A stretch of DNA of 64,000 nucleotides. Source: an uncultured Acidobacteriota bacterium. GTDB taxonomy: Bacteria; Acidobacteriota; Polarisedimenticolia; J045. Below the pieces are notes generated by a model. That model saw nothing but the letters and a program-made list of their open reading frames with translations, was not told the DNA's origin and searched no databases. The position numbers and the translations under genes were made by a program. Where the stretch lies: NCBI GenBank assembly GCA_964582785.1, contig CAZOTT010000001.1, positions 15,007 through 79,006 on the forward strand. Direction: 5' to 3'. Shown in pieces: positions 24,372-34,023 of this stretch (the stretch's first letter is position 1; every line of letters begins with the position of its first letter).

Positions 24372-26105
24372 ATGACCCGAGCCGCCCGGTGGGCCATCGT
24401 CCTCGTCCTGCTGTTCGTCCTCGCCAGTTTCGCCACCCTGGTGGTCGCCGCCTGGACCCTCGGGGGGGGCCTGTCCTTCCACCGCGGGAACGTCCTGGAG
24501 GTCCGGCTCGACCGGCCGGTGGTGGAAACCGCCCCGCGGGACCGGCTGTCCCGCCTGCTGGGACGGGAGCCCCTCGTGCTGCGGGATCTCGTGGCGGCGA
24601 TCGACGCCGCGCGGAAGGACGACCGCATCGAGGGCCTCTACCTGGAGCTGGACGACACCTCCCTCGGGTGGGCCCAGGGCGAGGAACTCCGGGCGGCGAT
24701 CGCCCGCTTCCGCGCCGCCGGCAAGTGGACCGTCGCCTGGACGGCGAGCTTCGGCGAGCTGGGCGGCGGCACCGGCGCCTACTGGCTGGCCAGCGCCTGC
24801 CGGCAGGTCTACCTCGCCCCCCCGGGGGACGTGGGCCTGACCGGGCTCCGGGTGGAGACGCCCTTCATCCGGGGCCTCCTGGACCGGCTCGGGATCGTGC
24901 CCCAGTTCGGCCAGCGGAAGGAGTACAAGAACGCGGTCAACACCTACACCGAGACCGGCTACACGAAGCCGCACCGGGAAGCCCTCGAGGCCCTCCTCGA
25001 CGTGCTGTACGGGGAACTTGTCGACGGGATCGCCACCGGCCGGGAACTGACCCCGGACCGGGTCCGCGAGCTGATCGACGGGGGCCCCTGGACCGGGGAC
25101 GAGGCGAAGGAGAACGGCCTGGTCGACGACCTGCTCTACCGGGACCAGGTGATGGACCTGCTCGAGAAGAAGGCGGGGCGGAAGGACCCCCTGGAACCGG
25201 TCGAGCGGTACCTCGGGCGGCGCCGGCCGTTCGGCTCCGGCGGCACGAAGGTCGCGATCGTCTACGCCGTGGGCGCGATCCGCCGCGGCGAATCGGGCAC
25301 CGATCCGCTCTACGGCCGCTCGATGGGCTCGGACACGATCATCCGGGCCCTGCGCCGGGCCCGGGAGGACGACTCGATCGACGCGGTGGTCCTGCGGGTC
25401 GACTCCCCCGGGGGTTCCTACGTCGCGTCCGACCTGATCCGGCGCGAGGTCGTGCGCACCGCGAAGGAGAAGCCGCTCCTGGTCAGCATGGGGAACTACG
25501 CCGCCTCGGGGGGCTACTTCATCTCGATGCAGGGTCCCTCGATCCTCGCCGACCGGACGACGATCACCGGCTCGATCGGCGTCTTCGGCGGAAAGTTCGT
25601 CACCCGGGACTTCTGGGAGCAGAAGCTCGGCATCCGCTTCCCGGGGATCCAGCGGGGCCGCCACGCGGACCTGATGTCGACGCAGGTGGAGTGGGACGAG
25701 GACGGCTGGGCCCGGATGAACGCCCTCCTCGACCGGATCTATGACGACTTCGTGACGAAGGCGGCGCAGGGACGGGGCATGACCTGGGACGAGCTGGAGC
25801 CGCTCGCCCACGGGCGGGTGTGGGCCGGCAAGGACGCCCGGGAGCGGAAGCTGGTCGACGACATCGGCGGCCTGCGGGAAGCGCTCCGGCAGGCCTGCAG
25901 CAGGGCGGGGGGCGACCCGGACCGGGGCTGCCGGGTCGAGATCCTGCCCCGGCCGAAGAACTTCCTCGAGCGGCTCCTCTCCCGGGACCGGGACGAGGTC
26001 CTGCTCGGCCCGGAGGGGCGCCGGGCCCTGGCCCTCGTGCGCCTGCTGACCAGCCCCGCCCCGGAGGCCCTCCTGCTCGATCCCGACCTGCCGCGCATCC
26101 GCTGA
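24372..26105 (+). CDS. sppA: Signal peptide peptidase SppA (protease IV, 67K type).
   Basis: N-terminal TM helix. Two ClpP/crotonase-like halves (...GLYLELDDTSLGWAQ... and ...VVLRVDSPGGSYVASD...MGNYAASGGYFISM...). Confidence 0.8.
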   Translation: MTRAARWAIVLVLLFVLASFATLVVAAWTLGGGLSFHRGNVLEVRLDRPVVETAPRDRLSRLLGREPLVLRDLVAAIDAARKDDRIEGLYLELDDTSLGWAQGEELRAAIARFRAAGKWTVAWTASFGELGGGTGAYWLASACRQVYLAPPGDVGLTGLRVETPFIRGLLDRLGIVPQFGQRKEYKNAVNTYTETGYTKPHREALEALLDVLYGELVDGIATGRELTPDRVRELIDGGPWTGDEAKENGLVDDLLYRDQVMDLLEKKAGRKDPLEPVERYLGRRRPFGSGGTKVAIVYAVGAIRRGESGTDPLYGRSMGSDTIIRALRRAREDDSIDAVVLRVDSPGGSYVASDLIRREVVRTAKEKPLLVSMGNYAASGGYFISMQGPSILADRTTITGSIGVFGGKFVTRDFWEQKLGIRFPGIQRGRHADLMSTQVEWDEDGWARMNALLDRIYDDFVTKAAQGRGMTWDELEPLAHGRVWAGKDARERKLVDDIGGLREALRQACSRAGGDPDRGCRVEILPRPKNFLERLLSRDRDEVLLGPEGRRALALVRLLTSPAPEALLLDPDLPRIR

Positions 26106-26114
26106 GCGGGAACG

Positions 26115-27152
26115 GTGAAGGGGACGTTCATCGTCGAGTTCCCCAACCCCCCCTGCGGGGACCCGGCGGTGATCGTGCGGCCCCGGCACCGGGGCTGGGC
26201 CATCCTGGCGGAAGCCGGCGAGCTGGGGGCGGTCTCCGCCCGGCGACTGCTCTCGGTGCGGGTCGCGCTGGTCTCCCACTTCCACGTGGACCACGCCTGT
26301 GGGCTCGGGCGGCTCCTGCGGGTCCGCCTCGGGCACCCGGAACGGCCCCTGGTCGTCGTCGGCCCGCCGGGAAGCGCCCGCCGGGTGGCGCACCACCTGG
26401 CGGGATACCTCTGGAACCTGCTCCCCGCCTATCCCCTCGACCTGGCCGTCGTGGAGGCCGGCGAGGACCGGGTCCGGACGTGGCGGTTCCCCCGGGAGGA
26501 GGGCTTCGAACCCTTCTGCACCGGGGAACGCTCCTGGGAGAAGGGGGCCCCGGTGCTCGCGCTCGAGGGGGAGGGCGTGAGCGTCCGGGCGTTTCCCCTG
26601 GACCACGCGGGAACCACCTCCCTCGCCTGGCGGATCGACGAGGACGAGGGCCTGCACGTCGACCCGGAGGCCCTGGCCCGGGCGGGGCTGCCGCCGGGGC
26701 CCTGGCTGGGGGCGCTGAAACGGCTGGTCCGGGAGGAGGCCCCCCCCGGCACCCCGGTCCCGCTCCCCGGCGGGGGCGCGGCTCCCCTCGGCGATCTCCG
26801 GGACCGCTTCCTCTTCCGTGTCCCGGGGGAGTCCGTGGCGGTCGCCTGCGACCTGGGGCCGACGCCCGGGAACCTGGAGGCCCTGGCCCGCTTCGCCGCG
26901 GGCGCCCGGCGCCTCGTCCTGGAGACGAGCTACCGGGAAGCGGACCGGGAGCTGGCCCGGGAACACGGCCACCTCGCCACGTCCGACGCCGGGAGGGTGG
27001 CGCGCGCCGCCCGCCCCGGGCTGCTCGTCCCCTTCCACCTCTCCGCCCGCTACGAGGGAAACGAGGAGGCCGTGATCGACGAGCTGCGGGCGGCGGCGGC
27101 GCCGGTCCAGGTCGCGGCCCCGGCCCCTTTCGAACGGGCTTCAGGACGGTAG
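26115..27152 (+). CDS. MBL-fold metallo-hydrolase (RNase Z-like).
   Basis: GTG start. HFHVDHACG (HxHxDH motif). ...FPLDHAGTTSLAW.... Confidence 0.65.
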   Translation: MKGTFIVEFPNPPCGDPAVIVRPRHRGWAILAEAGELGAVSARRLLSVRVALVSHFHVDHACGLGRLLRVRLGHPERPLVVVGPPGSARRVAHHLAGYLWNLLPAYPLDLAVVEAGEDRVRTWRFPREEGFEPFCTGERSWEKGAPVLALEGEGVSVRAFPLDHAGTTSLAWRIDEDEGLHVDPEALARAGLPPGPWLGALKRLVREEAPPGTPVPLPGGGAAPLGDLRDRFLFRVPGESVAVACDLGPTPGNLEALARFAAGARRLVLETSYREADRELAREHGHLATSDAGRVARAARPGLLVPFHLSARYEGNEEAVIDELRAAAAPVQVAAPAPFERASGR

Positions 27153-27235
27153 CGGACCGGGGTATACTGCGGGCGCGGTACGGGAGCCCGGGCCGGGGGG
27201 TCTCGGGATTCCCGGGGGAAAAGGAAGGGGGAACG

Positions 27236-28195
27236 ATGGGGTCGGGCATCTCGCCGCGGCCGTCCGGGTCGGAGTCGCGCCAGCACGTCGCGCTGTTTCT
27301 CGAGGAGGCCCGCCGCCTCCTGGAGGCCCGGGGGGAAGCAGGCTCTTCCACCCGGCCGGAATCCGGCCGCGATCATCAGGAAGACAAGCAGAAAGACCGG
27401 ACAGATATCGCCCGGAAGCTGATCGAATCGAACATTTTCTACGTCGTTCAGGTGGCCGGCGAGCTCCGTTCGCGCAGGGTCCCCTTCGAGGAGCTGCTCG
27501 CGGAGGGGGTCCTGGGCCTCGTGGAGGCGGCCCGCCGGTTCGACCCGGGCCGGGACGTCAAGTTCCTCTCCTACGCCACCTGGTGGATCCGCAAGCGGAT
27601 GCTGGAATACATCAACCGGGAGTCGAGCGCGGTCCGGCTCACCCGGCACGCCCGGGAGAAGCGGCGGGCCCTCCTCGACCTCGAGGAGTCGCTCCGCCGG
27701 GACCTGGGCCGGGAACCGACCCTCGACGAGGTGGCGCGGGAGGCGGGCCTCGACCCCGAGGTGGTCCGCCGCCGGAAGGAAGCCTCCGCGACGGTCTTCT
27801 CCCTCGACCAGCTGGAGCGTCCCGGGGCCGGAGAAACGTTCCGGCTCGCCGTCGATCCCCGGGAGCACCCGACCCCCGAGCAGATCGTCGCCGAGCGGCT
27901 CGCCTGCCGCCGCCTGCGCCGGGAACTGGCCCGCCTGCCGGAGCGGGAACGCACGATCCTCGAGCACCGCTTCGGGATGAACGGCCGGGAGCCGATGACC
28001 TTCTCTTCCCTCGGCCGCCTGCTCGGCATGAGCCGGGAACGGGTCCGCCAGATCGAGAAGGAAGCCCTGGCCCGGCTGCGGCGGCGGCTGGCGCTCCCGG
28101 AACGCCGCCGGAAGCGCGTGCGGGCGGCCACGACCCTTCCCCCATGCTCCCGTTCCTCTACCAGGAAGCCGTCGGCGGCGCCGTCTTCGCCCTAG
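27236..28195 (+). CDS. Sigma-70-family RNA polymerase sigma factor (group 3-like).
   Basis: RBS AAGGAAGGGGGAA. Region 2 ...VKFLSYATWWIRKRMLEYI.... Region 4 ...SLGRLLGMSRERVRQIEKEALARLRR. Confidence 0.75.
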   Translation: MGSGISPRPSGSESRQHVALFLEEARRLLEARGEAGSSTRPESGRDHQEDKQKDRTDIARKLIESNIFYVVQVAGELRSRRVPFEELLAEGVLGLVEAARRFDPGRDVKFLSYATWWIRKRMLEYINRESSAVRLTRHAREKRRALLDLEESLRRDLGREPTLDEVAREAGLDPEVVRRRKEASATVFSLDQLERPGAGETFRLAVDPREHPTPEQIVAERLACRRLRRELARLPERERTILEHRFGMNGREPMTFSSLGRLLGMSRERVRQIEKEALARLRRRLALPERRRKRVRAATTLPPCSRSSTRKPSAAPSSP

Positions 28196-28310
28196 GTCTC
28201 GCCCTCGCCTGGCGGGCGGGCGAGGTCGGGGTCCGGGGACGGGGAGCGCGGCGGCTCGCGGTCCTTCTCGGCGGTTTCCTTCTCCTCGCCGCCGGGCAGG
28301 GGCTCCTGCA

Positions 28311-30179
28311 GTGGCTGGCCACCCGCTGATCCACGGGACGGACCTCCTGGTCCTCGCCCTCTACTTCGTGGCCGTCCTCGCGGCGGGGGCGTGGGCCGCG
28401 CGGCGCAGCCGGGGGCTTGCCGATTTCCTGCTCGGGGGGCAGCGGTTCTCCTGGTGGCTGGTCGCCTTTTCCTGCGTGGCCACCGTCGTCGGTTCCTACT
28501 CGTTCGTCAAGTACTCCGCGGCGGGTTTCCGCCACGGGCTCTGTTCCAGCCAGACCTACCTGAACGACTGGTTCTGGATGCCCCTCTGGATGCTCGGGTG
28601 GCTGCCGATCGTCTACTGGGGACGGATCACCTCGGTGCCGGAGTACTTCGAGCGCCGGTTCGGCCGCTCCGTCCGCCGGGCGGCGACCTTCCTGCTCCTC
28701 GTCTACCTGCTGGGCTACCTCGGGATCAACTTCCTGACGATGGGCCGGGCCCTCGAGGCCCTCGCCGGCTGGCCCCTCCTCCTCTCCGCCGGGCTGGCGG
28801 CCCTCGTCTGCGGGATCTACGTCAGCCACGGCGGTCAGACCGCCGTGATCTTCACCGACCTCTTCCAGGGAGGGCTGCTCCTCGCGGCCGGGATCGGCCT
28901 GTTCGCCGCCGGGGTGATCGCGGTCGGCGGGCCCGCGGCGTTCTGGGAAGGGCTCGGCCCCGCGGGACGCGCCGCCCTCCCGCCCTTCCGCGAGCCCCCG
29001 GACTTCAACTTCGTCGGGATCTTCTGGCAGGACGCGATGGCCGGAGGGGTGGCGTTCTGGTTCCTGAACCAGGGCATCCTGATGCGCTTCCTCTCCGCCC
29101 GCAGCGTCCGGGACGCCCGGCGGGCCGCGGTCTTCGTGCTGCTCGTCCTGATGCCCCTCGCCGCGGTGGCGGTCTCCGGGGCCGGCTGGGTGGGCCGGGC
29201 GATGGCGGCCCGCGGCCTCCTCGACCCCGCCACCCCGCCCTCCGCCGTGTTCGTCGTCGTCGCGGAACGGGTCCTCCCCGCGGGCCTCTTCGGCCTGGTC
29301 ACCGCCGCCCTGGTCGCGGCCCTGATGTCCACGGCGGATACCCTCGTCAACGCGATCGCCACCATCGTGCTCGTCGACCTGTGGCAACCCTCGCGCTTCT
29401 CCCGGGGCCGGGGGGAAAGAGCCGGGCTGCTGGTCGCCCGGACGGCCTCGGCGGGGGCCACGGCGGCCGGGTTCGCCCTCGTACCCCTGTTCGCCGCCTT
29501 CGGCTCGATCTACCGGGCCCACGGGGCGTTCACCGCCGCGATCACCCCGCCGCTCGCCGTCGCCCTCCTCCTGGGGATCACCTGGCGCCGGTTCGGGCGG
29601 GCGGGGGCCCTGGCCACCCTGGCCGGCGGGACCGCCGCGATCGCCCTTTCGTTCGCCTTTCCGGGCCTCGTCACCCCGTTCGCCCACGGGGTCCGGCTGG
29701 AGGCCGGGGTCCGGGCCTACACCTACGTCCGCGCCCTCTACGGCCTCGTGGTCTCGGCCGCGCTGGGGATCGGGGTGACGCTCCTGCGGCCGGCCCCCGC
29801 GGCCGCCCCCCCGGCCGCCCTCCTCGTCGCGCCGGCGCCGGGCCGGCTCCGGGCGTTCAAGGGAGCCGACCCGCACCCGGGACCGGGCCCCGCCCGCCGG
29901 CTCGCGGTGGTGCCGGCGCCGGACCCGGCCCCGGCCGATCCCTGGACACCGCCGGAGGTCGGCCTCCACCCCGCGGACCTCCGCGCCCTCGAGGCGGAAG
30001 GGGGGGACCTGATTCTCGTCGCCCGGGACCACCCGCTGCTGGGCGGGTGGCAGGGGTTCCGCGGGCGGGCGCGGGTGGACGGGCGCGTCCCCCGCGGTAC
30101 CCTCCGGGCGCCGGAGGGGCTCCTCCGCCGTCTCGGCCTGGACCCGGGGTGCGGGGTCCGGGTGTTCCGGGAGCTGTGA
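28311..30179 (+). CDS. Sodium:solute symporter (SSS) family transporter with a C-terminal cytoplasmic extension of about 120 aa.
   Basis: Multi-TM ORF with SSS-like segments (...RRFGRSVRRAATFLLLVYLLGYLGINFL...IYVSHGGQTAVIFTDLFQGG...). Possible GTG start. Confidence 0.65.
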   Translation: MAGHPLIHGTDLLVLALYFVAVLAAGAWAARRSRGLADFLLGGQRFSWWLVAFSCVATVVGSYSFVKYSAAGFRHGLCSSQTYLNDWFWMPLWMLGWLPIVYWGRITSVPEYFERRFGRSVRRAATFLLLVYLLGYLGINFLTMGRALEALAGWPLLLSAGLAALVCGIYVSHGGQTAVIFTDLFQGGLLLAAGIGLFAAGVIAVGGPAAFWEGLGPAGRAALPPFREPPDFNFVGIFWQDAMAGGVAFWFLNQGILMRFLSARSVRDARRAAVFVLLVLMPLAAVAVSGAGWVGRAMAARGLLDPATPPSAVFVVVAERVLPAGLFGLVTAALVAALMSTADTLVNAIATIVLVDLWQPSRFSRGRGERAGLLVARTASAGATAAGFALVPLFAAFGSIYRAHGAFTAAITPPLAVALLLGITWRRFGRAGALATLAGGTAAIALSFAFPGLVTPFAHGVRLEAGVRAYTYVRALYGLVVSAALGIGVTLLRPAPAAAPPAALLVAPAPGRLRAFKGADPHPGPGPARRLAVVPAPDPAPADPWTPPEVGLHPADLRALEAEGGDLILVARDHPLLGGWQGFRGRARVDGRVPRGTLRAPEGLLRRLGLDPGCGVRVFREL

Positions 30180-30204
30180 CCCCCGCCCGGCAGGAGGAAC
30201 CCCC

Positions 30205-31623
30205 GTGGCCGGCGACCCCCTCGCTCCCCTCCGTCCCTGGCTCGGCCGCTCGATCGACGACTGCCCCTGCGGGCGGCGCCACCGGGTGCCGCTCCGGCGC
30301 GTGGTCGCCGGCGGCGGCGCCCTCGAGGCGCTGCCGGACCTGGTCCGGGAGATCGTTCCCGCCGGCGCCCCGGTCCTCCTCCTGGCGGACCCGGACACCC
30401 GGGAGGCGGCCGGCGCCCGGGCCGGGGCCCTGCTGGCCGGGGCCGGCCACCGGGTGGAGGAACGGCTGACCGGGCGGGAACCCCGCTGCGATGCGGCCAC
30501 CCTCGCGGCCCTGGCCGGGGGGGTCCGGTCCTCCCCCCGCCTCCTGGTCGCCGCGGGCAGCGGGACGATCAACGACCTCGGCAAGCTCCTCGCCGATCGG
30601 CTCGGCATCCCCCAGGTCACGGTCGCCACCGCGGCCTCGATGAACGGGTACGCCTCGGCGATCGCCGCCTTCACGGAGGGGGGCCTGAAGCGGACCGTCC
30701 CCGCTTCCCCGCCGGTGGCCCTGGTCCTGGACGCGCAGGTCCTGGCCGGGGCGCCCCCGCGCCTGCGGGCCGCCGGCTTCGGCGACCTGCTGGGCAAGCC
30801 GGTCTCTTCCGCCGACTGGCTCCTCTCCCGGGCCCTCGTCGACGAGCCGGTCTGCCCGACCGCCCTCCGCCTCGCCGACGCGGCCGCGGCGGGGATCCGG
30901 GACCGGGCCGCGGCGATCGGCGACGGCGACCCGGGGGCGATCCTGGCCCTCGCCGTGGCCCTCGTGCTCTCCGGCATCTCGATGGCGGTTGCGGGGGCCT
31001 CCTCGCCGGCGTCGGGGGGGGAACACCTGGTCTCCCACTACCTGGACATCTCCTCCCCCGCGTGGGGACGCCGCCCCCGGCTCCACGGGGAGCAGGTGGC
31101 GGTCGGCACCCGGGTCTCCCTGGCCCTCTACCGGGTGCTCCGGGAGGCCGGTCCCCCCGACCCCGGGGCCTCCCCGCCGCCCGAGGAGGACGACCCGGCC
31201 CTCCGCCGCCTCCACGGCCACCTGCCGCCCCCGGCGCTCGCGTCCCTCCTCGCCGAGGCCCGGGCGAAGCGCGAACGCCGGCCGGGCCGGCGGGAGCGCC
31301 GGGTCCGCCTCGCCGCGGGCTGGGACGGGCTGTGGCAGGACCTGGACCGCCGCCTCGCGGGGGGCGAGGGGCTCGCCGCGGACCTCCGGCGGGCCGGGGC
31401 CCCCACCGGCTTCCGGGAGATCGGGGTCGATCCGGACCGGGCCGAACTCGCGGTCCGGGCGGCCCGGCACATGCGCAACCGGTACACCGTGCTCGACCTC
31501 GCGGCGGACCTGGGCGTTCTCGACGGGTTCGCGGCCCACCTCCCCCGGGACCTGCTGGAGGGGGGCGGCGCCGGCGTTCCCGGGGAACCTTCCCCGGGGC
31601 CGGGCCCGGCCCGGCGGGACTAG
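30205..31623 (+). CDS. sn-glycerol-1-phosphate dehydrogenase-like protein (Fe-ADH/3-dehydroquinate-synthase superfamily, EgsA/AraM-like).
   Basis: ...LLVAAGSGTINDLGKLLA...SMNGYASAIAAF...GEHLVSHYLD.... GTG start. Confidence 0.55.
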   Translation: MAGDPLAPLRPWLGRSIDDCPCGRRHRVPLRRVVAGGGALEALPDLVREIVPAGAPVLLLADPDTREAAGARAGALLAGAGHRVEERLTGREPRCDAATLAALAGGVRSSPRLLVAAGSGTINDLGKLLADRLGIPQVTVATAASMNGYASAIAAFTEGGLKRTVPASPPVALVLDAQVLAGAPPRLRAAGFGDLLGKPVSSADWLLSRALVDEPVCPTALRLADAAAAGIRDRAAAIGDGDPGAILALAVALVLSGISMAVAGASSPASGGEHLVSHYLDISSPAWGRRPRLHGEQVAVGTRVSLALYRVLREAGPPDPGASPPPEEDDPALRRLHGHLPPPALASLLAEARAKRERRPGRRERRVRLAAGWDGLWQDLDRRLAGGEGLAADLRRAGAPTGFREIGVDPDRAELAVRAARHMRNRYTVLDLAADLGVLDGFAAHLPRDLLEGGGAGVPGEPSPGPGPARRD

Positions 31624-33902
31624 AGCCGCCAGGCGTAGCCCAGCTTGAGGAAGTAGGTCCGCGCCGCGTCCAGCAGGTCCACCCGGTCGTCCCCGAGCCG
31701 CGTGTCGGTCGTCCCGGCGTAGAGGACGGTCCGGGGGTTGACCTTGTACGAGAAGAGGACCTGGGTGAACAGGCGCCGGGACCGGGCATCCACCGGGAAG
31801 GGGTAGAGAGCGGGGTTCCGCCGGACCTCGGTCCACTGGACGATCGCCCGGACGAAGGTCCGCACGTCGAAGAACCAGACGAGGCGTCCCTGGTGCACGT
31901 CCGCCCGGTAGAGGGTGCCGCCCGGAACCCGGAGCGCCTCCCGGGCCAGGTCGAGCTGCAGGTAGAAGTGCCGTCCCGCGTTCCAGGTGAGCCCCGGGGC
32001 AACCTTCCAGCGATCGCCCGTCCGGTTCCCCGCGTAGTCGATCGCCTCCCCCGCCACGAAGCCGACGGAACAGGTGAAGTCCCCGGTGGGCCGCACGTTG
32101 AACCATCCGCGCCAGCCGGCAAGGTCGTGGACCTTCCCCTGCCACGTCTCCCGGGACCGGGACCGGGAGAGGACCAGGGTGGACTGCCGGGGCCCGGCGA
32201 GCCGCACCTCCAGGCTGCCCCCCTCCCCGAGCAGGTTCCGGGCGCCGTCCAGGGTCCGGTGAAGGTTCACCTGGAAGCGGGCGCTGGTCAGCCGTTCTCC
32301 CGGCTTTCCCCAGCGGGTCCAGGCCGCGTGCCCGCCGAGTTCCCGGGTGTCCACCCGGGGAATGAACCCGGCATCGGCCCGGAACCCCCGGGTGCGGCGT
32401 CCCCAGCCCGCCCAGAGGTCCCACGCCCGGTCCCGGTGGTTGACGTTGACCGACAGGGCCTTCCCGTGGAAGAGCCCGCCCGGCTGGTCGAAGGCGTTCG
32501 CCACGTCGGCCGGGTAGCGGGTGTCCGAGCGGAGGAACTGGAAGATGAGCGCGTTCGTCGCGTCGAGGCGGAGGGTTCCGTCCACCCCGTAGACCCGGTT
32601 CAGGTAGCCCGCCTCCCCTTCCCGGTCGGTGAGGAGCATCCCCAGGGTGGAGGTCGCTCCCACGTCCCGCCGCCACCGCAGCACCGCCGCCGTGTTCCCC
32701 CGGTCGAGGGTCGTGCTCGCCGAGGACCGGCTCGCGGGGAACACCAGGTGGGTCACCCGGTCCCGGGCGACGTACGCCCCGCCCGCGTTCCGTCCCTCCT
32801 TGCCCGTCAGCTTGATCCCGGCGGAGGGGTCCACCACCTGCCGGGTGTGGACCGCCGGGTAGGGAGTCCGGAAGAAGTCCGCCCCCTCGAGGAAGAAGGG
32901 ACGCTTTTCCGGGTAGAAGATCGTGAACGTGCGGTTCACGTCGAGGACGACCGCGTCCGCCTCGACCTGGGAAAAGTCCGGGTTCAGGGCCAGGTCCAGG
33001 CTGGCATTCGGCGTCACCCCCCACCGGGCCGAGAGGCCGAGGTCCGTCTCCTCCGCCCTCGTGGCGAAGCCGCCCTCCGGGAACGGCTCCCGGGCCCGGG
33101 TCCGGCCCCAGGTCAGGGTCGGGTCGAGTTCCACGTCGCGGCCGGGCCGCAGGTCCCGCATCCCGGTGATGCGCGGCACCTGGCAGAGCCAGCAGGAACG
33201 GTTCCGGTCGATCCGGACCGGGTAGTAGGTCTTCCGCACCGACCGGGGCCGGGAGCGGAAGCAGGTGAACCCCCAGGTCTGCGCCCCGGCCTCCCGGGGG
33301 AAACGGAGCGCGTCCAGGGGCACGGCGATCTCGGCGGTCCAGCCGCGGGGGCCGACCCGGGCGGCGGCGCTCCAGATGGCGTCCCAGGACCAGTCCTCGG
33401 CGGGGGCCCCGGTCAGGTTGCCCCGGAACCCGCCGGCCCCGGTGTCGGTGACGACGGCGTCCGACTGGACGCCGAGGGGATTGACCAGGAAGGCGAACCC
33501 CCGCCGGGCGTCGTCGAACGGGTCGACGGCGAACCCCACCTGGTCGTCCCGGAACGCCCGGTCCCGGTCGGCGAGGTGGGCCCGGATCTCCCCGGGATCG
33601 TCCCGGACCCGGAAGGCGACGTACAGGTGGTGCTCGTCCCAGGTGACGAGGCAGGTCGTCTCCACGTCGGCCGGCCGGTTCTCCCCCGGCCAGACCTCCC
33701 ACGGGAGCGGGATCTCGAGGGCCCGGCGCCAGGCCTCCTCGTCGAGCCGCCCGTCGACGCGGATCGGGCCGGCGGCCCGGGGAGCGGCGAGGACCGGGCG
33801 GGGGGTCTCCGCCGCGGCCACGGGAGGGCGGCACAGGGCCCACACGAGCCCCGCCGCCAGCATCCACCGAAACGTCCCGGCCGCGCGCATGGCGCCCAGC
33901 AT
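31620..33902 (-). CDS. Secreted DUF5916 protein with an N-terminal CBM9/DOMON-like domain (760 aa).
   Basis: Signal peptide MLGAMRAAGTFRWMLAAGLVWALCRPPVAAAE. ...PIRVDGRLDEEAWRRALEIPLPWEVWPGENRP...HHLYVAFRVRDD.... C-terminal ...YFLKLGYAWRL. Confidence 0.6.
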   Translation of the reverse strand: MLGAMRAAGTFRWMLAAGLVWALCRPPVAAAETPRPVLAAPRAAGPIRVDGRLDEEAWRRALEIPLPWEVWPGENRPADVETTCLVTWDEHHLYVAFRVRDDPGEIRAHLADRDRAFRDDQVGFAVDPFDDARRGFAFLVNPLGVQSDAVVTDTGAGGFRGNLTGAPAEDWSWDAIWSAAARVGPRGWTAEIAVPLDALRFPREAGAQTWGFTCFRSRPRSVRKTYYPVRIDRNRSCWLCQVPRITGMRDLRPGRDVELDPTLTWGRTRAREPFPEGGFATRAEETDLGLSARWGVTPNASLDLALNPDFSQVEADAVVLDVNRTFTIFYPEKRPFFLEGADFFRTPYPAVHTRQVVDPSAGIKLTGKEGRNAGGAYVARDRVTHLVFPASRSSASTTLDRGNTAAVLRWRRDVGATSTLGMLLTDREGEAGYLNRVYGVDGTLRLDATNALIFQFLRSDTRYPADVANAFDQPGGLFHGKALSVNVNHRDRAWDLWAGWGRRTRGFRADAGFIPRVDTRELGGHAAWTRWGKPGERLTSARFQVNLHRTLDGARNLLGEGGSLEVRLAGPRQSTLVLSRSRSRETWQGKVHDLAGWRGWFNVRPTGDFTCSVGFVAGEAIDYAGNRTGDRWKVAPGLTWNAGRHFYLQLDLAREALRVPGGTLYRADVHQGRLVWFFDVRTFVRAIVQWTEVRRNPALYPFPVDARSRRLFTQVLFSYKVNPRTVLYAGTTDTRLGDDRVDLLDAARTYFLKLGYAWRL

Positions 33903-34023
33903 GCCATGGAATCCCGCCCCGGTCGGCGGTTTCCGGGGGAAGGGGGACGACGGCGAGGGGGGACGGGTGCTAGCATGGCGGGCAGCCGGACCGAGACCAT
34001 CCCCCCACCGGAGGGTGCGCCCG

